Source of the DNA: a virus
Taxonomy: Duplodnaviria > Caudoviricetes
IMG/VR virus record: IMGVR_UViG_3300037484_000435
Coordinates: 96,001-160,000 of that record
DNA length: 64,000 nt
Direction: 5' to 3' (one strand)
Shown: in pieces, positions 46,696-56,817 of the stretch
Numbering within the stretch: the stretch's first letter is position 1
Layout: each line of letters opens with the position of its first letter
Position numbers and translations under genes: made by a program
Notes under the pieces: generated by a model
What the model was told of the DNA's origin: nothing
The model's input: only the letters and a program-made list of their open reading frames with translations
The model's database searches: none

Positions 46696-48795
46696 TTTAC
46701 CCTAATGTAACCCCACAGTTTAATCGGACCCAAATATAACCTAAAAGCTGGCATACCAGACCAATAACGAAGAGAGCATCCTAACGCAATTTGGTAAGGG
46801 AATATTGTAATTCCTACCCCACCAAATTTACTGTGTAAGTCATACTCAATTGCTTTCATTATTCCAACAGCCCTCATGATGATTGTAACTGTTGTGGGCT
46901 TTGCACTTGTAACAGATTCGATAGCTACCTATATGGTCGCTGTCTTCTCGCCACTCGTGGTCACACTTGGATACTCTTTCTGCGTGTTCCTGTGCTTCTA
47001 ACTTCTCTAGTCGTGCTTTTAATTGTTTTATTTCCGTACGTCTTTCAGGTCCCATTTATAACCTCACATAATCACCCACATCATTAAAATAATAGAGAGG
47101 GTCATATTTTTGCTTCATAACTTTTTGGCATTCATCACATTCTGCATATTGAGCAATATACAAACCCAACCTTTTACGGCCACATTCCGAGCAGACCCCG
47201 AATACTCCATCAAACATTTCTTCTGTTAATTCTTTTGTTGTATTAAACTCTGACATGTCATTACCTCACCCTTTTTATAGCATTCCTTTCCATTTTCCAT
47301 ATAAATGGTTCCGCATTTATTACAACGAACGTCGAGTAGCCTACTCTCGATAAACCAAGAGTTCGGTATACTTATTTTTGTCCCACAGTCACAAATCAGA
47401 ACTCTGCAACGGCGGGGTATGTCATCATAGAATTGCATTATTCAGATTTCTCCTGTCTCTTAACCGCTTCAAACTCTTCCTTGGTACGAATGTAATGCCT
47501 ATATGGGTATGATTCCCAGTCGGCCCACATTCTAGGGTCTAGTATTCCGCGGTAGGGGTCACACCTCCAACAGTAAGCTTCCTTTCGTCCATAAGCCCTT
47601 TCATCACCACCAAGAGATTTCTGAAATACACTATCCGTAGAACCACACCTACAACAAGTTGGCTTTTTTAACCACTCTTGATAATCCTCTTCCTCCCGCT
47701 GTTCCCGTCGTATTCTCTCTTCTTCCATATGAGAATCAAAACGCTTGGACAGTGAACGTCTATGTAGCCAATCTAATAGTCCCATCAGTTTTCCTCTGTT
47801 AGTTTAAAAATATCACCATAAGATATTTTTTCCCGTGTTGTCTTATACATCATGTACCCCCCCCCCAAACTTTGGTTGAGTAATACAGTAAATCATTCTG
47901 TTGCATTTCCTGCACAACATCTGCCCTAGGTAAGGTTTCAAATCATGCTGACACTTCTTATTTTCGATTTCTTTTTCCATTCCTTACCTCTTCTTCCTCT
48001 TTTATCTGTGCCGATCTTAGCATCAATAGTTCATGGATAATATTTTCTCTAGGTAATTTTATTTTCTCTTCTGGCTTACATTCTTTCAAATAATTCTTCG
48101 TTTCATATCTCATTTGTTTCTCCATTACCACTCTTCTTTAATTTCCCAATCTTCCGCCAGTATATCCGCTCGGCTTAGTTGGTCCTCGTTCCACTCCAAA
48201 AGCCACTTACCCGTTGTTTCGTCATAATTATTCGACTCAAAGAACACTAATGCCTCCTCGTCGTAATCGCTGTCCCACAACCTAATACGCATCCATATAG
48301 ACCACGGAGTCGCGGAGCTTCGATCAGGATAAGGGCGGTCATGGTCATCTTCGCAATAATATGACCGGTGATATGCCACAACACCATTGGTAATCACTTC
48401 ATGCAATGCTTCTTGGAAGTTCATTGGCTCGCCCCAGCGGAATCTGGTATTACTGACTTGATTCCGTAAAGTACACATTCCCATTTCTGCAAATCTTCGT
48501 GCCACTTTGCTTGAAAACTCACACCACATCTGGAACAGTTACACCTGTTCCAAAAAGTCTTCGCCATTAAAGTAGAGCCCCAGCCTTCGCCCCCGCAATT
48601 GGGGCACCGCTGTTCATCTAGCCAAACCTCATTACTACGGTCTCGATGTTGATACAGGACCCGACTCAATTTATCTGTCGCAGATTTTTCCTCCTCGTTC
48701 GGCTCCACATACAACACAGAGGAGAGACCACTCCCCTTCCTAACCCACTCCAAGATTAAATCTGTTTCCTTCTCTGTAAATATAATATTTTCCAT
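46692..48795 (-). other. string of about nine tiny hypothetical genes, many Cys-rich
   Basis: Overlapping - strand ORFs 46692..46877, 46846..47055, 47056..47256, 47226..47438, 47438..47785, about 48125..48421 and 48421..48795, plus sub-60-aa ORFs. Confidence 0.5.
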
Positions 48796-48841
48796 TATAC
48801 CTCTCCCTCAAAACTTACTGTATATTTTATTCCCATCGTTT

Positions 48842-49846
48842 TTACCTCGCTTGGTTTTTTATTCTCCTGTTATTCCTACAAGTTTGATTTATCCTATATC
48901 CAATAGTTTGTCCTATATTAAAGTATTCTGCTACCTTCTTGACACTACCTAAACGTTCGTACGCCTCATTGAACTTCTCACAAGTTATGTTTTCTAAACG
49001 ATACTGCTCTTTATTATCAAAATGCATGTTAGTTAGTTCATTAGCAATTTCCTTCTTTCTATCTAACCAAATAGTAGCATTATTATAAAGGTACATGGCA
49101 ATATATTGAGAAACCAAGTTTGAACAGTAAGTCACTCTCCACCAATTCCCCATATCGTGTGCTTTACACGTGGAACCAGTTAAATTACTCATTAAATCTC
49201 GGAAAGGCACCACAACATCTTTGCAACCCGTCATTACAATGTCCCACCGCACCGCTCCTCTGGGGTAGAATTTTCGGATAGAGCCATCTCCGTCAAAATA
49301 ACCCCTCCAAAAATGATTGTTCTCTATAAACTCAGGTCTGAGGGTAACACCAAATTTTGTTTTATTGGGAACAACCCCACAGTCAGACAAATCAGCATAT
49401 ATCTGTTGGTTATAAATCTCAACAGTTGACATCTTAGATTGATATCCTGATTTAGTTGTCTCTGTAGTGTCCTTAATAAGATGGTCACTTTTTAAGGACA
49501 ACAAGAACTTCTCCAGATGTCCCCTATCAATAGTACTTATTTTAATTTTTAAAGCTCCACCCCTTTCATAAACACAACCATCCGCTATAATAAACCCCAA
49601 CCAATAAAATTGCTCTTCTCGGGTGAGGGGGAGTTGAAAGAAATTCTCATTACATCGATATTTACTATGATGAGACTTTATGGGTACCTTATTTTTCTTT
49701 AATACATTAGAAATGTGATAAGGTTGCACATTATATATTTTAGATATGGTCGTAACAGATTGATTCTCTTCAACGTACAACCTTATTATCTCATTTGTAT
49801 AAGGCACAACCCCAAGACTCCTTAGTTCCAAGTTTATATTACTCAA
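48842..49846 (-). CDS. free-standing LAGLIDADG homing endonuclease 3
   Basis: FYWLGFIIADG and FWRGYFDGDGSI. Confidence 0.88.
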   Translation of the reverse strand: MSNINLELRSLGVVPYTNEIIRLYVEENQSVTTISKIYNVQPYHISNVLKKNKVPIKSHHSKYRCNENFFQLPLTREEQFYWLGFIIADGCVYERGGALKIKISTIDRGHLEKFLLSLKSDHLIKDTTETTKSGYQSKMSTVEIYNQQIYADLSDCGVVPNKTKFGVTLRPEFIENNHFWRGYFDGDGSIRKFYPRGAVRWDIVMTGCKDVVVPFRDLMSNLTGSTCKAHDMGNWWRVTYCSNLVSQYIAMYLYNNATIWLDRKKEIANELTNMHFDNKEQYRLENITCEKFNEAYERLGSVKKVAEYFNIGQTIGYRINQTCRNNRRIKNQAR

Positions 49847-50429
49847 AGTTCAATATCCGAGCTGCCGCACACATATCACTAATATGAAGAAATAACTGCA
49901 TTTGTGTAAATGTTATTGGTTTAAAACCTGGGTTCGTACTATTCCAGCGTCCGGGGTGGTACAAGATTAAACCGTACAGTGTCTCTACCTCGTATTCTGT
50001 CAATCCAAGCTCTAATCCCCTTTCCCTAACACGTCTCGCTGCTATTTCATCGTGATTCTTAACTGTGTGTTTTAGTTCGTTGTTTTCCCCGTATTTAAAG
50101 ATGTCGTGAAGTGAAGCCGACAATAGTAATATATCGTAGTGCTGTTGTTCCTTTGAATCTCCGAATATTCTTGCCAATTTATCTACGAACATCATCAAAT
50201 CTAAGGTGTGGGATTCTAGTGAGTCAACCATACCTGCGGTATCTTGATGATACTTCCCACTACTACTTGATGGTTTATGAAATGGCAACGGTATATCAGC
50301 CGTGAACTGTTGCCAAAAGGCATAATACCTATCAGAAAGGTTTGCCTTTAAAAAGTTATCTATCTTCTCACTGTACCCCAGTGATGCTATTTCTTTGTTG
50401 TCTGTTTTTGCTGTTGCTTTTCTAGCCAT
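49839..50429 (-). CDS. HD-domain phosphohydrolase
   Basis: SHT...LHDIFK...HD..A...YH.G...HISD. Confidence 0.85.
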   Translation of the reverse strand: MARKATAKTDNKEIASLGYSEKIDNFLKANLSDRYYAFWQQFTADIPLPFHKPSSSSGKYHQDTAGMVDSLESHTLDLMMFVDKLARIFGDSKEQQHYDILLLSASLHDIFKYGENNELKHTVKNHDEIAARRVRERGLELGLTEYEVETLYGLILYHPGRWNSTNPGFKPITFTQMQLFLHISDMCAAARILNFE

Positions 50430-51179
50430 TCTTCCTCCGTTTTTTCTCTAGCGATTTGACCCGCCTTTATAATCATTGCTTCACATTCTGAAAAATTTAA
50501 TTGATGCCCACTTCTAAGCAACTCTGTACTCAATTCATATTGTTTCTGGCATTCATTCCAGTAATGTTTCTCGAATATCCAACCTTTCTTTTCCTCTTCT
50601 TTCATCTTTTCTATAAACTCTTGGAAAAGTTCTTTGGTTAGATAACCCTCTTTAGCCATGCTTCCTCCCCATAATATTTTCTATTGTTAACATGTCTTTC
50701 CAATTCAATAAATCTTTAACATCATAGTTACTGGGGTCTATGGCCCAATGTTCTTTATTGCAGGCTGTTAATATTTCCCGTCCTTCGGCACTTCTCCTAA
50801 AGGATTGTATACGCAAAACTCGGTCTGTAATATCACCTTGGGAACAATCACGGTAAAGAAGATAGATTTCTCCTAATTGAGTCCCCACCCACACTCCTCC
50901 TAGCGTAAGAATTATCCCCAATAGTAATTCCATAGCTTACTCCTTAGAGACAAGTCTCTCCGCATCATATAAAAAGTCATTTGCCAAATGAAGCAGATTA
51001 TCTGTTTTTAACTCTGCGTCAGCAACACTATCAGACGACTCCCAGTCATACAGGCCGTCTCGACAACCTTTAAATCTTAACTCGGAATCCTTTATTATGG
51101 GCATTACTAAACCCTTTATCAAATCATAAAATAGCCCGTATTCTGATTGTATTTTTTCTAAGAGTATTTTTTCATCCAT
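50387..51179 (-). other. three small hypothetical genes, one with an N-terminal transmembrane helix
   Basis: ORFs 50387..50659, 50652..50933 and 50937..51179. Confidence 0.5.
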
Positions 51180-51750
51180 TTATAATGTCTCCTTTCAAAC
51201 TAACAGCGTCCAACCAACTGCCCCACCTATCTGGCAACCATACGTTACCGAATTCCTCGGGGCGTATAATAGCCAATCCAAATGGAATTTCCTGGTCATT
51301 TATCGTTTCGTTATCATAGTGAGGTTCCACCCTACCCGAAGATATACAAGTGTCCCCAGTAATTTCCAACAAATAAATCTCATTGTTGATATGGTTTGGA
51401 AACCAATACACATCATCTTTAGGGAATTTCAAGTTCCTCGCAATTAGTATTGCTGAGTTTTTCTGGATAGCGTAAGCAGGCCCAGACAAAGTAACACAAC
51501 CCAAGTTGTTATTGACAAACTCTAAGACATCATCCCAATCGTAGTATCTATGTTTATTTCCACCAGTAGTGTTGCATCTGCCCTCTACGTTAATGTCATA
51601 ACATTCGTAGATACCCCCTTCTACTTGTCCATATTGCTCTCCCTCTGGTTGGTCGCTTACCTTATAGTCTATTGTTATTTTTTGTTTTGTTTTAAACACT
51701 GGCTCTCCATTTTTCTGATATAAAATTGCTCTCAGTAAAATTTGCCGCAA
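51172..51750 (-). CDS. hypothetical protein
   Basis: 192-aa ORF. Confidence 0.55.
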   Translation of the reverse strand: MRQILLRAILYQKNGEPVFKTKQKITIDYKVSDQPEGEQYGQVEGGIYECYDINVEGRCNTTGGNKHRYYDWDDVLEFVNNNLGCVTLSGPAYAIQKNSAILIARNLKFPKDDVYWFPNHINNEIYLLEITGDTCISSGRVEPHYDNETINDQEIPFGLAIIRPEEFGNVWLPDRWGSWLDAVSLKGDIING

Positions 51751-52792
51751 CTGTATAGCCTGTCAACCATTTAATTACTCTGACATCTGCGGTTGTGATA
51801 GGTTCATCAATCACTATAAGTTTTCCATTTATTTTTGTGCAATCTGAGTGTGGGTGAGGACACGTGTCATGCAACAAGCACTTATGCTTATGTCTGTACT
51901 CTAATTTATATTCAAAGGGTATATCTATACTAAGTTTTTCTTTTTGATTATTAAAGATTTTAAACTTACTGCATTTTTGATTCATCACGCAGTAATGGCA
52001 TTCCATTTCATTAGGCCGATAATAATGTGCATTGTAATCTCTTGGCAGTCCATGAACGTGACTAATGAGACACGAGGTCTTCCTAAATATAGGCACAGAA
52101 TATTTATCGGAGGCTCCTACAATCAAATCATGACACTCTTCTGATATAGGTTTCTTTATACTAAAATGATATCCTGGAAAGGGCTCAAAGGGAATACTGT
52201 TATTCCTCCAAAACTCTTGTGTTATGTTATCGCCCTGTAAACCAGAATACCCGACAGGAAGATTGTAGGCTGAACAAAGTTTAAATACCGCATCTATGGT
52301 TTCTTTATTATCGTTTACGCCATAAATAATGGGGCGAAATTCACAAGAAAATTTGACATTCTTAGTTTTAGCAATCATGTCTACGTTATGTTTGAACGTA
52401 TACCAAGACACTGTATCGGTTTTATGTTCACACCCAATAGTGCTGAGAGCAATATGTAAATCTAAATCGCCCACCTGAGCATCTATATCAGAAAAAATCC
52501 CTCGTGCATCCCCCTTCGTGATAATAATGATGGGCCCTCTATGTTGGACCTTATTTAATCTTTTCAGAAACCCGTAAGTATTCTTACGTTGAAAAACCGG
52601 ATCACCATAGAAACAATTTATTACTATTGGAATCTGGGTTAATATGGGACTAATCTCTGTAGGTAAAGTGTGGTAGTGAAACTCTCCATGGTTTTGATGC
52701 CTACAATACCCACAGTTGAAACAGTGTTTCAGAGTATCACCCACCATACAAAAACTTTTTGATATGTATAATTCTTTAATAGCAGTCATCAC
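51692..52792 (-). CDS. divergent radical-SAM-like Fe-S protein
   Basis: CFNCGYC, GDP, IITKG, FRPII.GVND, FRKTSC...HG...YNAHY...C..C....C. Confidence 0.65.
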   Translation of the reverse strand: MMTAIKELYISKSFCMVGDTLKHCFNCGYCRHQNHGEFHYHTLPTEISPILTQIPIVINCFYGDPVFQRKNTYGFLKRLNKVQHRGPIIIITKGDARGIFSDIDAQVGDLDLHIALSTIGCEHKTDTVSWYTFKHNVDMIAKTKNVKFSCEFRPIIYGVNDNKETIDAVFKLCSAYNLPVGYSGLQGDNITQEFWRNNSIPFEPFPGYHFSIKKPISEECHDLIVGASDKYSVPIFRKTSCLISHVHGLPRDYNAHYYRPNEMECHYCVMNQKCSKFKIFNNQKEKLSIDIPFEYKLEYRHKHKCLLHDTCPHPHSDCTKINGKLIVIDEPITTADVRVIKWLTGYTVAANFTESNFISEKWRASV

Positions 52793-53309
52793 ATTTCACT
52801 GGAGTATTCTTGATTTCTTCCATAAGAATATCAAAGTTTGTGCCTGCTGAGAATTCAAATTCTTTTTCTCCTGCAACATCAAACCACGTCCCTATAATCC
52901 TCCTACCAGTATTACTTATTGTAAGTTCTCCAGAACGAATTATAGACTCAAACGTAGTAATGGCTTTACCATCTTTCAGTAAAATCGCAATCTTCTCTTC
53001 CATTAGTTTTTCATGACCTTGGCTGCTGCGACGTAGCGATTCTTCTAAATCTGCCACCCTCTTTTTTAGACACGCCATGGGAGCGATACGCCGAGCTTCC
53101 TCCTCTGAGTCTGCCTCAACTTCTATGTTAAGGTTACCGCTAGCGGTGACCCGTAATACCCCTCCCTTCAAGAAATCCTTCAGAGGTGCAGTGATGGGAA
53201 ATGCAAACACAGTATTTTTATCCTTAGTTTCCCCATCTCTCAATGCTTCATCTATCTCTTCAACGGAATACACGTTGTAACTTGTATCCATTGTTACCCA
53301 GTATTTCAT
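52776..53309 (-). CDS. hypothetical protein
   Basis: 177-aa ORF. Confidence 0.55.
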   Translation of the reverse strand: MKYWVTMDTSYNVYSVEEIDEALRDGETKDKNTVFAFPITAPLKDFLKGGVLRVTASGNLNIEVEADSEEEARRIAPMACLKKRVADLEESLRRSSQGHEKLMEEKIAILLKDGKAITTFESIIRSGELTISNTGRRIIGTWFDVAGEKEFEFSAGTNFDILMEEIKNTPVKCDDCY

Positions 53310-53311
53310 AA

Positions 53312-53722
53312 TTACCCCTCCTTATTCTCGTTGTATTTGTATAATCCACCAAGACAGTCCGACCAAGCCCTCTCTCTTAGTTGGGTCATCCCCGCTCTTC
53401 CGTGTTCTGACCGAGCGATACGATCCCAATCATGTAAACTAATTGTAATGATGTCCCCAATAGAGAGTAAACACCACCCGTCTTCGAGACCATAAATAGG
53501 TCCGTGCAACACATGCTTAATCACACATTTTATCCCGCGAACATCATAGATAAGGGGCGCACCTGCCTTCATTTCTGCTCCCGTGTATTGGGTTCGGTCC
53601 AAGATTAGTATATCCCCCTCTCGAAAATAACGGTCGTTAAACCGTAACTCGTAAGTCTTTTGCCGAGAATCTACCAAGTCCCACACATATGGGTCCGTCT
53701 TTAATATATGCGTCCTTACCAT
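53312..53722 (-). CDS. DUF3850/ASCH (PUA-like) domain protein
   Basis: H.LK.......V....KTYELR.NDR.F..GD.L.L...GL..GWC.LSI. Confidence 0.85.
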   Translation of the reverse strand: MVRTHILKTDPYVWDLVDSRQKTYELRFNDRYFREGDILILDRTQYTGAEMKAGAPLIYDVRGIKCVIKHVLHGPIYGLEDGWCLLSIGDIITISLHDWDRIARSEHGRAGMTQLRERAWSDCLGGLYKYNENKEG

Positions 53723-54273
53723 TATTTAATTACCTCTCCTTCAAATTTCTGCACCACAGTTCCTTCGTACTTGTAAGCATAGGGAGTCAAACCTGCCTTT
53801 TCACATGTACTCCGTAAAAAGGTAGTGGCGTCCCAGTTATATTCCGCTGCTACTTGTGGCAACAATAACCCGCGGTAATGCCCGCGTTCAACAATTAATC
53901 CGTGTTTACCTATAATAATTTCAGCCAAGTCGGAGACTGGTGTGGGAGGATGAAGAATAGTAACTTCATACTCTAGGTCTTCTAACTCCTCCGCTGTAAT
54001 AGGTTTAAATCTGGGGTCGTGAAAAGCGGCTTGTTCCGCCATGTGTTGAACATTATTTACTATATAATCATCAGATAATATAGTGCCTATACAACCACGT
54101 AATTGGCCGTGCTTGGTAATAGTTACAAAAACCCCTGCCTTCTTGTCTGTGTATGTCCCCGCCAAATTTAGCTGGACCATCTCTAGAGCAGTATAAGTAC
54201 GAGTTCCTTTACCTAATTTATTTTCAACCCAATTCTTTGCTAATTCAACTAAGAAGTGTTTTTTCTTTCCCAT
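53722..54273 (-). CDS. AMMECR1-domain protein (AmmeMemoRadiSam protein A-like)
   Basis: GVFVT...GQLRGCIG, AAFHDPRF.P...EL..L..EVTIL, G.HGL...RGLLLPQVA.E..W...F...C.KAGL. Confidence 0.93.
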   Translation of the reverse strand: MGKKKHFLVELAKNWVENKLGKGTRTYTALEMVQLNLAGTYTDKKAGVFVTITKHGQLRGCIGTILSDDYIVNNVQHMAEQAAFHDPRFKPITAEELEDLEYEVTILHPPTPVSDLAEIIIGKHGLIVERGHYRGLLLPQVAAEYNWDATTFLRSTCEKAGLTPYAYKYEGTVVQKFEGEVIK

Positions 54274-54463
54274 CTTTTTCCTTTTCCTGTGCCCGTTGGG
54301 TGCGTAAATAATGGGTTTTATATTTAGCTCTTTTATTTCCCCACTCTTTTAATACGCACTCCAACTCTTTTCCCAAATTGGTGCCTCGGCACCCCCCATA
54401 CCGCTGGGCGAGTTTATTTACTTTTGCTTCTATCCACTCATTTATATCAACTACATCGCCCAT
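54245..54463 (-). CDS. hypothetical protein
   Basis: 72-aa ORF. Confidence 0.5.
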   Translation of the reverse strand: MGDVVDINEWIEAKVNKLAQRYGGCRGTNLGKELECVLKEWGNKRAKYKTHYLRTQRAQEKEKDGKEKTLLS

Positions 54464-54472
54464 GATATTCTA

Positions 54473-56401
54473 TTATCCTACCATAACTGTTAACTCGGGC
54501 TCCTTAGAGAGTTTCATAGCTAAAATGTCTTCCGAACTAAATTCACAAGCATTGCCCGAGCATGCTAATGTTTGTCCGCCTGTCGTGTTATCTCGGTTAT
54601 TCTCATAATAAGCTAATCGAGAAAAATCAATTTCAGGTAATTCCGCTACCATAGCTTCGTACCGTTCTTTCGTTATCTCTTCATAAGGAGCTAACTCGTA
54701 GCGAGAGTTATCGTATGGAAAAAATGAGACCCCGTTAATACAATCAAAGTTATCATACACAAACTTTGTTACATCCAACCACTCATTTTCTTTTACATAA
54801 ATAGTACAACTGACATTATGCTCTGCCCAGTTCTCTACCAGTAGCTTATACCACTCTAGCTGTTTTAAAGCTTCGTCATCGCGTGTTGTTTTACATCCCT
54901 CAGGGGACTTCATTGGAAATTCTAAAATGTAAGTATCATTATTTTCTGGGGCTTTCATAGCCTTAAACCCTTGGTCTAACAACATTCGTAATAGAGGGTC
55001 GTGACCACTTATTCTGACACGACGAATAAAATACTCTGCCCAACGAGAATGCATACCTGAAGAACAATCGACCATCTGGGATACTGTGCCACTAGGTTTA
55101 ATGGTGGTTACCGCTGCAGGTACAGCTATTTCCATAATCTCCGCAGCCTGTTTAGCAACTCGCACCGCGTGACGTTTCCACATACGTAGTACTTCAGGCG
55201 TTGCCAATTTCAAATTATCAGCTAGCCCTGTTAGAGAAACACCTAGTAGTCTTTCTTCTTCTGCATTCGTTTTCCACTGTGGACGTAAGTGGGGAAACTC
55301 AGTAAAACAGGACTGTATAATACCCAACCATACAGCCGTTGTAATTTTATCCCGCACACTGTCTTCGTCATCAGTAGGTCGGATTACTACCTCTGTGAGA
55401 TTACATAGTCCCATGTTCCGTAGAACTATTTCAGCACAAGGGTTTGCACCCGCCAGCAAGGATTTCAATCTTCGTTTGGGAGCCATCTTCTTGGCAGCAA
55501 AGAGATTGAATAACCCTCTTTCCCCGCTACCAGATTTAGCCATATCAATAAATTCCTGAGCAAAGGTCAAAACGTCAGGCTTCTTACTATACACCGCACT
55601 AATATTAGCCATATAGCGTCGAGGATGAAACTCTCCGTGTTTAGAACGTTTCATCAAGTCATCGCTGACGTCACTGAGAGCAATCTGAGACGACCTTCTT
55701 ACTCCTCCAACGACTATTGCGTTCGCAATCTCATTCATGACATCAGAAGCTTCTAAGGTCGTTAACTTGCGCTCCTGTGCTTTGAGTACTGTATCCCTCA
55801 TATACTCTAAACATCTACGAAGGGGCTCAGGTCCCGACGCGTAACCACCAGATATTTTTAGAGGGGTACCCGCCGGTCTCACATCAGTGTAATCAAAGTC
55901 AACATCTCTTCCGTTGAACCATGCCTTTACCCCGAAGTCGACTGATTTCTTCCAACCTTCTCGACTATCAGGTATCTTGAAATATAAGCGTGGTTGATTC
56001 TTTTGCTTTTGTATAGTTGGTAATTCGTTTACATACTGTGCTTCAACTGAATACCCAACACCACAACCACATGCCAAGAGATAGAGGGATTCTCCGAAAG
56101 CCTCTATACTATCGACAGCTAAAAAACTACAATTATAAAATACAGCGTTGTCTCTCTGAGCATTAATACCCGCACTCCACAACGCTCTCATAGAGGGCAT
56201 GACATTTAATGTCTTAATATAATGCTCCGCTTTTCGTCTTACCTTCAATGGGATTTTTTCAGCACGTATCACGTTAGTAAATACAAAATCCAGATATCTG
56301 TTAACCGTTTCTTCCCAAGTTTCTCTGCGACCCGCATCTGGCAACCAACGTGCATAAGTCCGATAAAAAATAAATTCCTGATAGGGTGTCCACATACTCA
56401 T
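54473..56401 (-). CDS. nrdJ: class II (B12-dependent) ribonucleotide reductase, monomeric RTPR type
   Basis: RTYAR...ETW.E, PSMRAL, NCSF, GGVRRS, NPCAE, CNLTE, KPSGT; GGAGG RBS. Confidence 0.95.
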   Translation of the reverse strand: MSMWTPYQEFIFYRTYARWLPDAGRRETWEETVNRYLDFVFTNVIRAEKIPLKVRRKAEHYIKTLNVMPSMRALWSAGINAQRDNAVFYNCSFLAVDSIEAFGESLYLLACGCGVGYSVEAQYVNELPTIQKQKNQPRLYFKIPDSREGWKKSVDFGVKAWFNGRDVDFDYTDVRPAGTPLKISGGYASGPEPLRRCLEYMRDTVLKAQERKLTTLEASDVMNEIANAIVVGGVRRSSQIALSDVSDDLMKRSKHGEFHPRRYMANISAVYSKKPDVLTFAQEFIDMAKSGSGERGLFNLFAAKKMAPKRRLKSLLAGANPCAEIVLRNMGLCNLTEVVIRPTDDEDSVRDKITTAVWLGIIQSCFTEFPHLRPQWKTNAEEERLLGVSLTGLADNLKLATPEVLRMWKRHAVRVAKQAAEIMEIAVPAAVTTIKPSGTVSQMVDCSSGMHSRWAEYFIRRVRISGHDPLLRMLLDQGFKAMKAPENNDTYILEFPMKSPEGCKTTRDDEALKQLEWYKLLVENWAEHNVSCTIYVKENEWLDVTKFVYDNFDCINGVSFFPYDNSRYELAPYEEITKERYEAMVAELPEIDFSRLAYYENNRDNTTGGQTLACSGNACEFSSEDILAMKLSKEPELTVMVG

Positions 56402-56414
56402 AAATCCTCCATAA

Positions 56415-56813
56415 TTACTTCTCTGTGCTCTTTCTTTTTTTATACTCTCGCTTCTGTCTCCATTCCGCTCTATACTTGCCACCGAATACTTCCCTAAAGA
56501 TGTAATTCAATTGTTCGAGGATTTCCGTATGTTTACATGATTTACATGCTTGGTCCTCACTTAACCCGTACTTACCAAATTTTTTGGCTAAGCATGTCCC
56601 TTGCCCTACAAAGCAACCTGTTATACATCGACCAGATATCTCTCTCGGCATCCTTTGGGCCAACAAAGCAATATGATCGTCACTAATACACTCTATAACT
56701 GCGTTTGCTTCGAGTGCAGTTAGAGGGTTTTCTTCTTCCAAAATGCAAAGTACCTTTTTTGTACCTTCCATTTTTAAACGTTGTATTGATTTTTTCCTAG
56801 TTTCTTTTTCCAT
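56415..56813 (-). CDS. hypothetical Cys-containing protein
   Basis: 132-aa ORF. Confidence 0.5.
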   Translation of the reverse strand: MEKETRKKSIQRLKMEGTKKVLCILEEENPLTALEANAVIECISDDHIALLAQRMPREISGRCITGCFVGQGTCLAKKFGKYGLSEDQACKSCKHTEILEQLNYIFREVFGGKYRAEWRQKREYKKRKSTEK

Positions 56814-56817
56814 ATTT

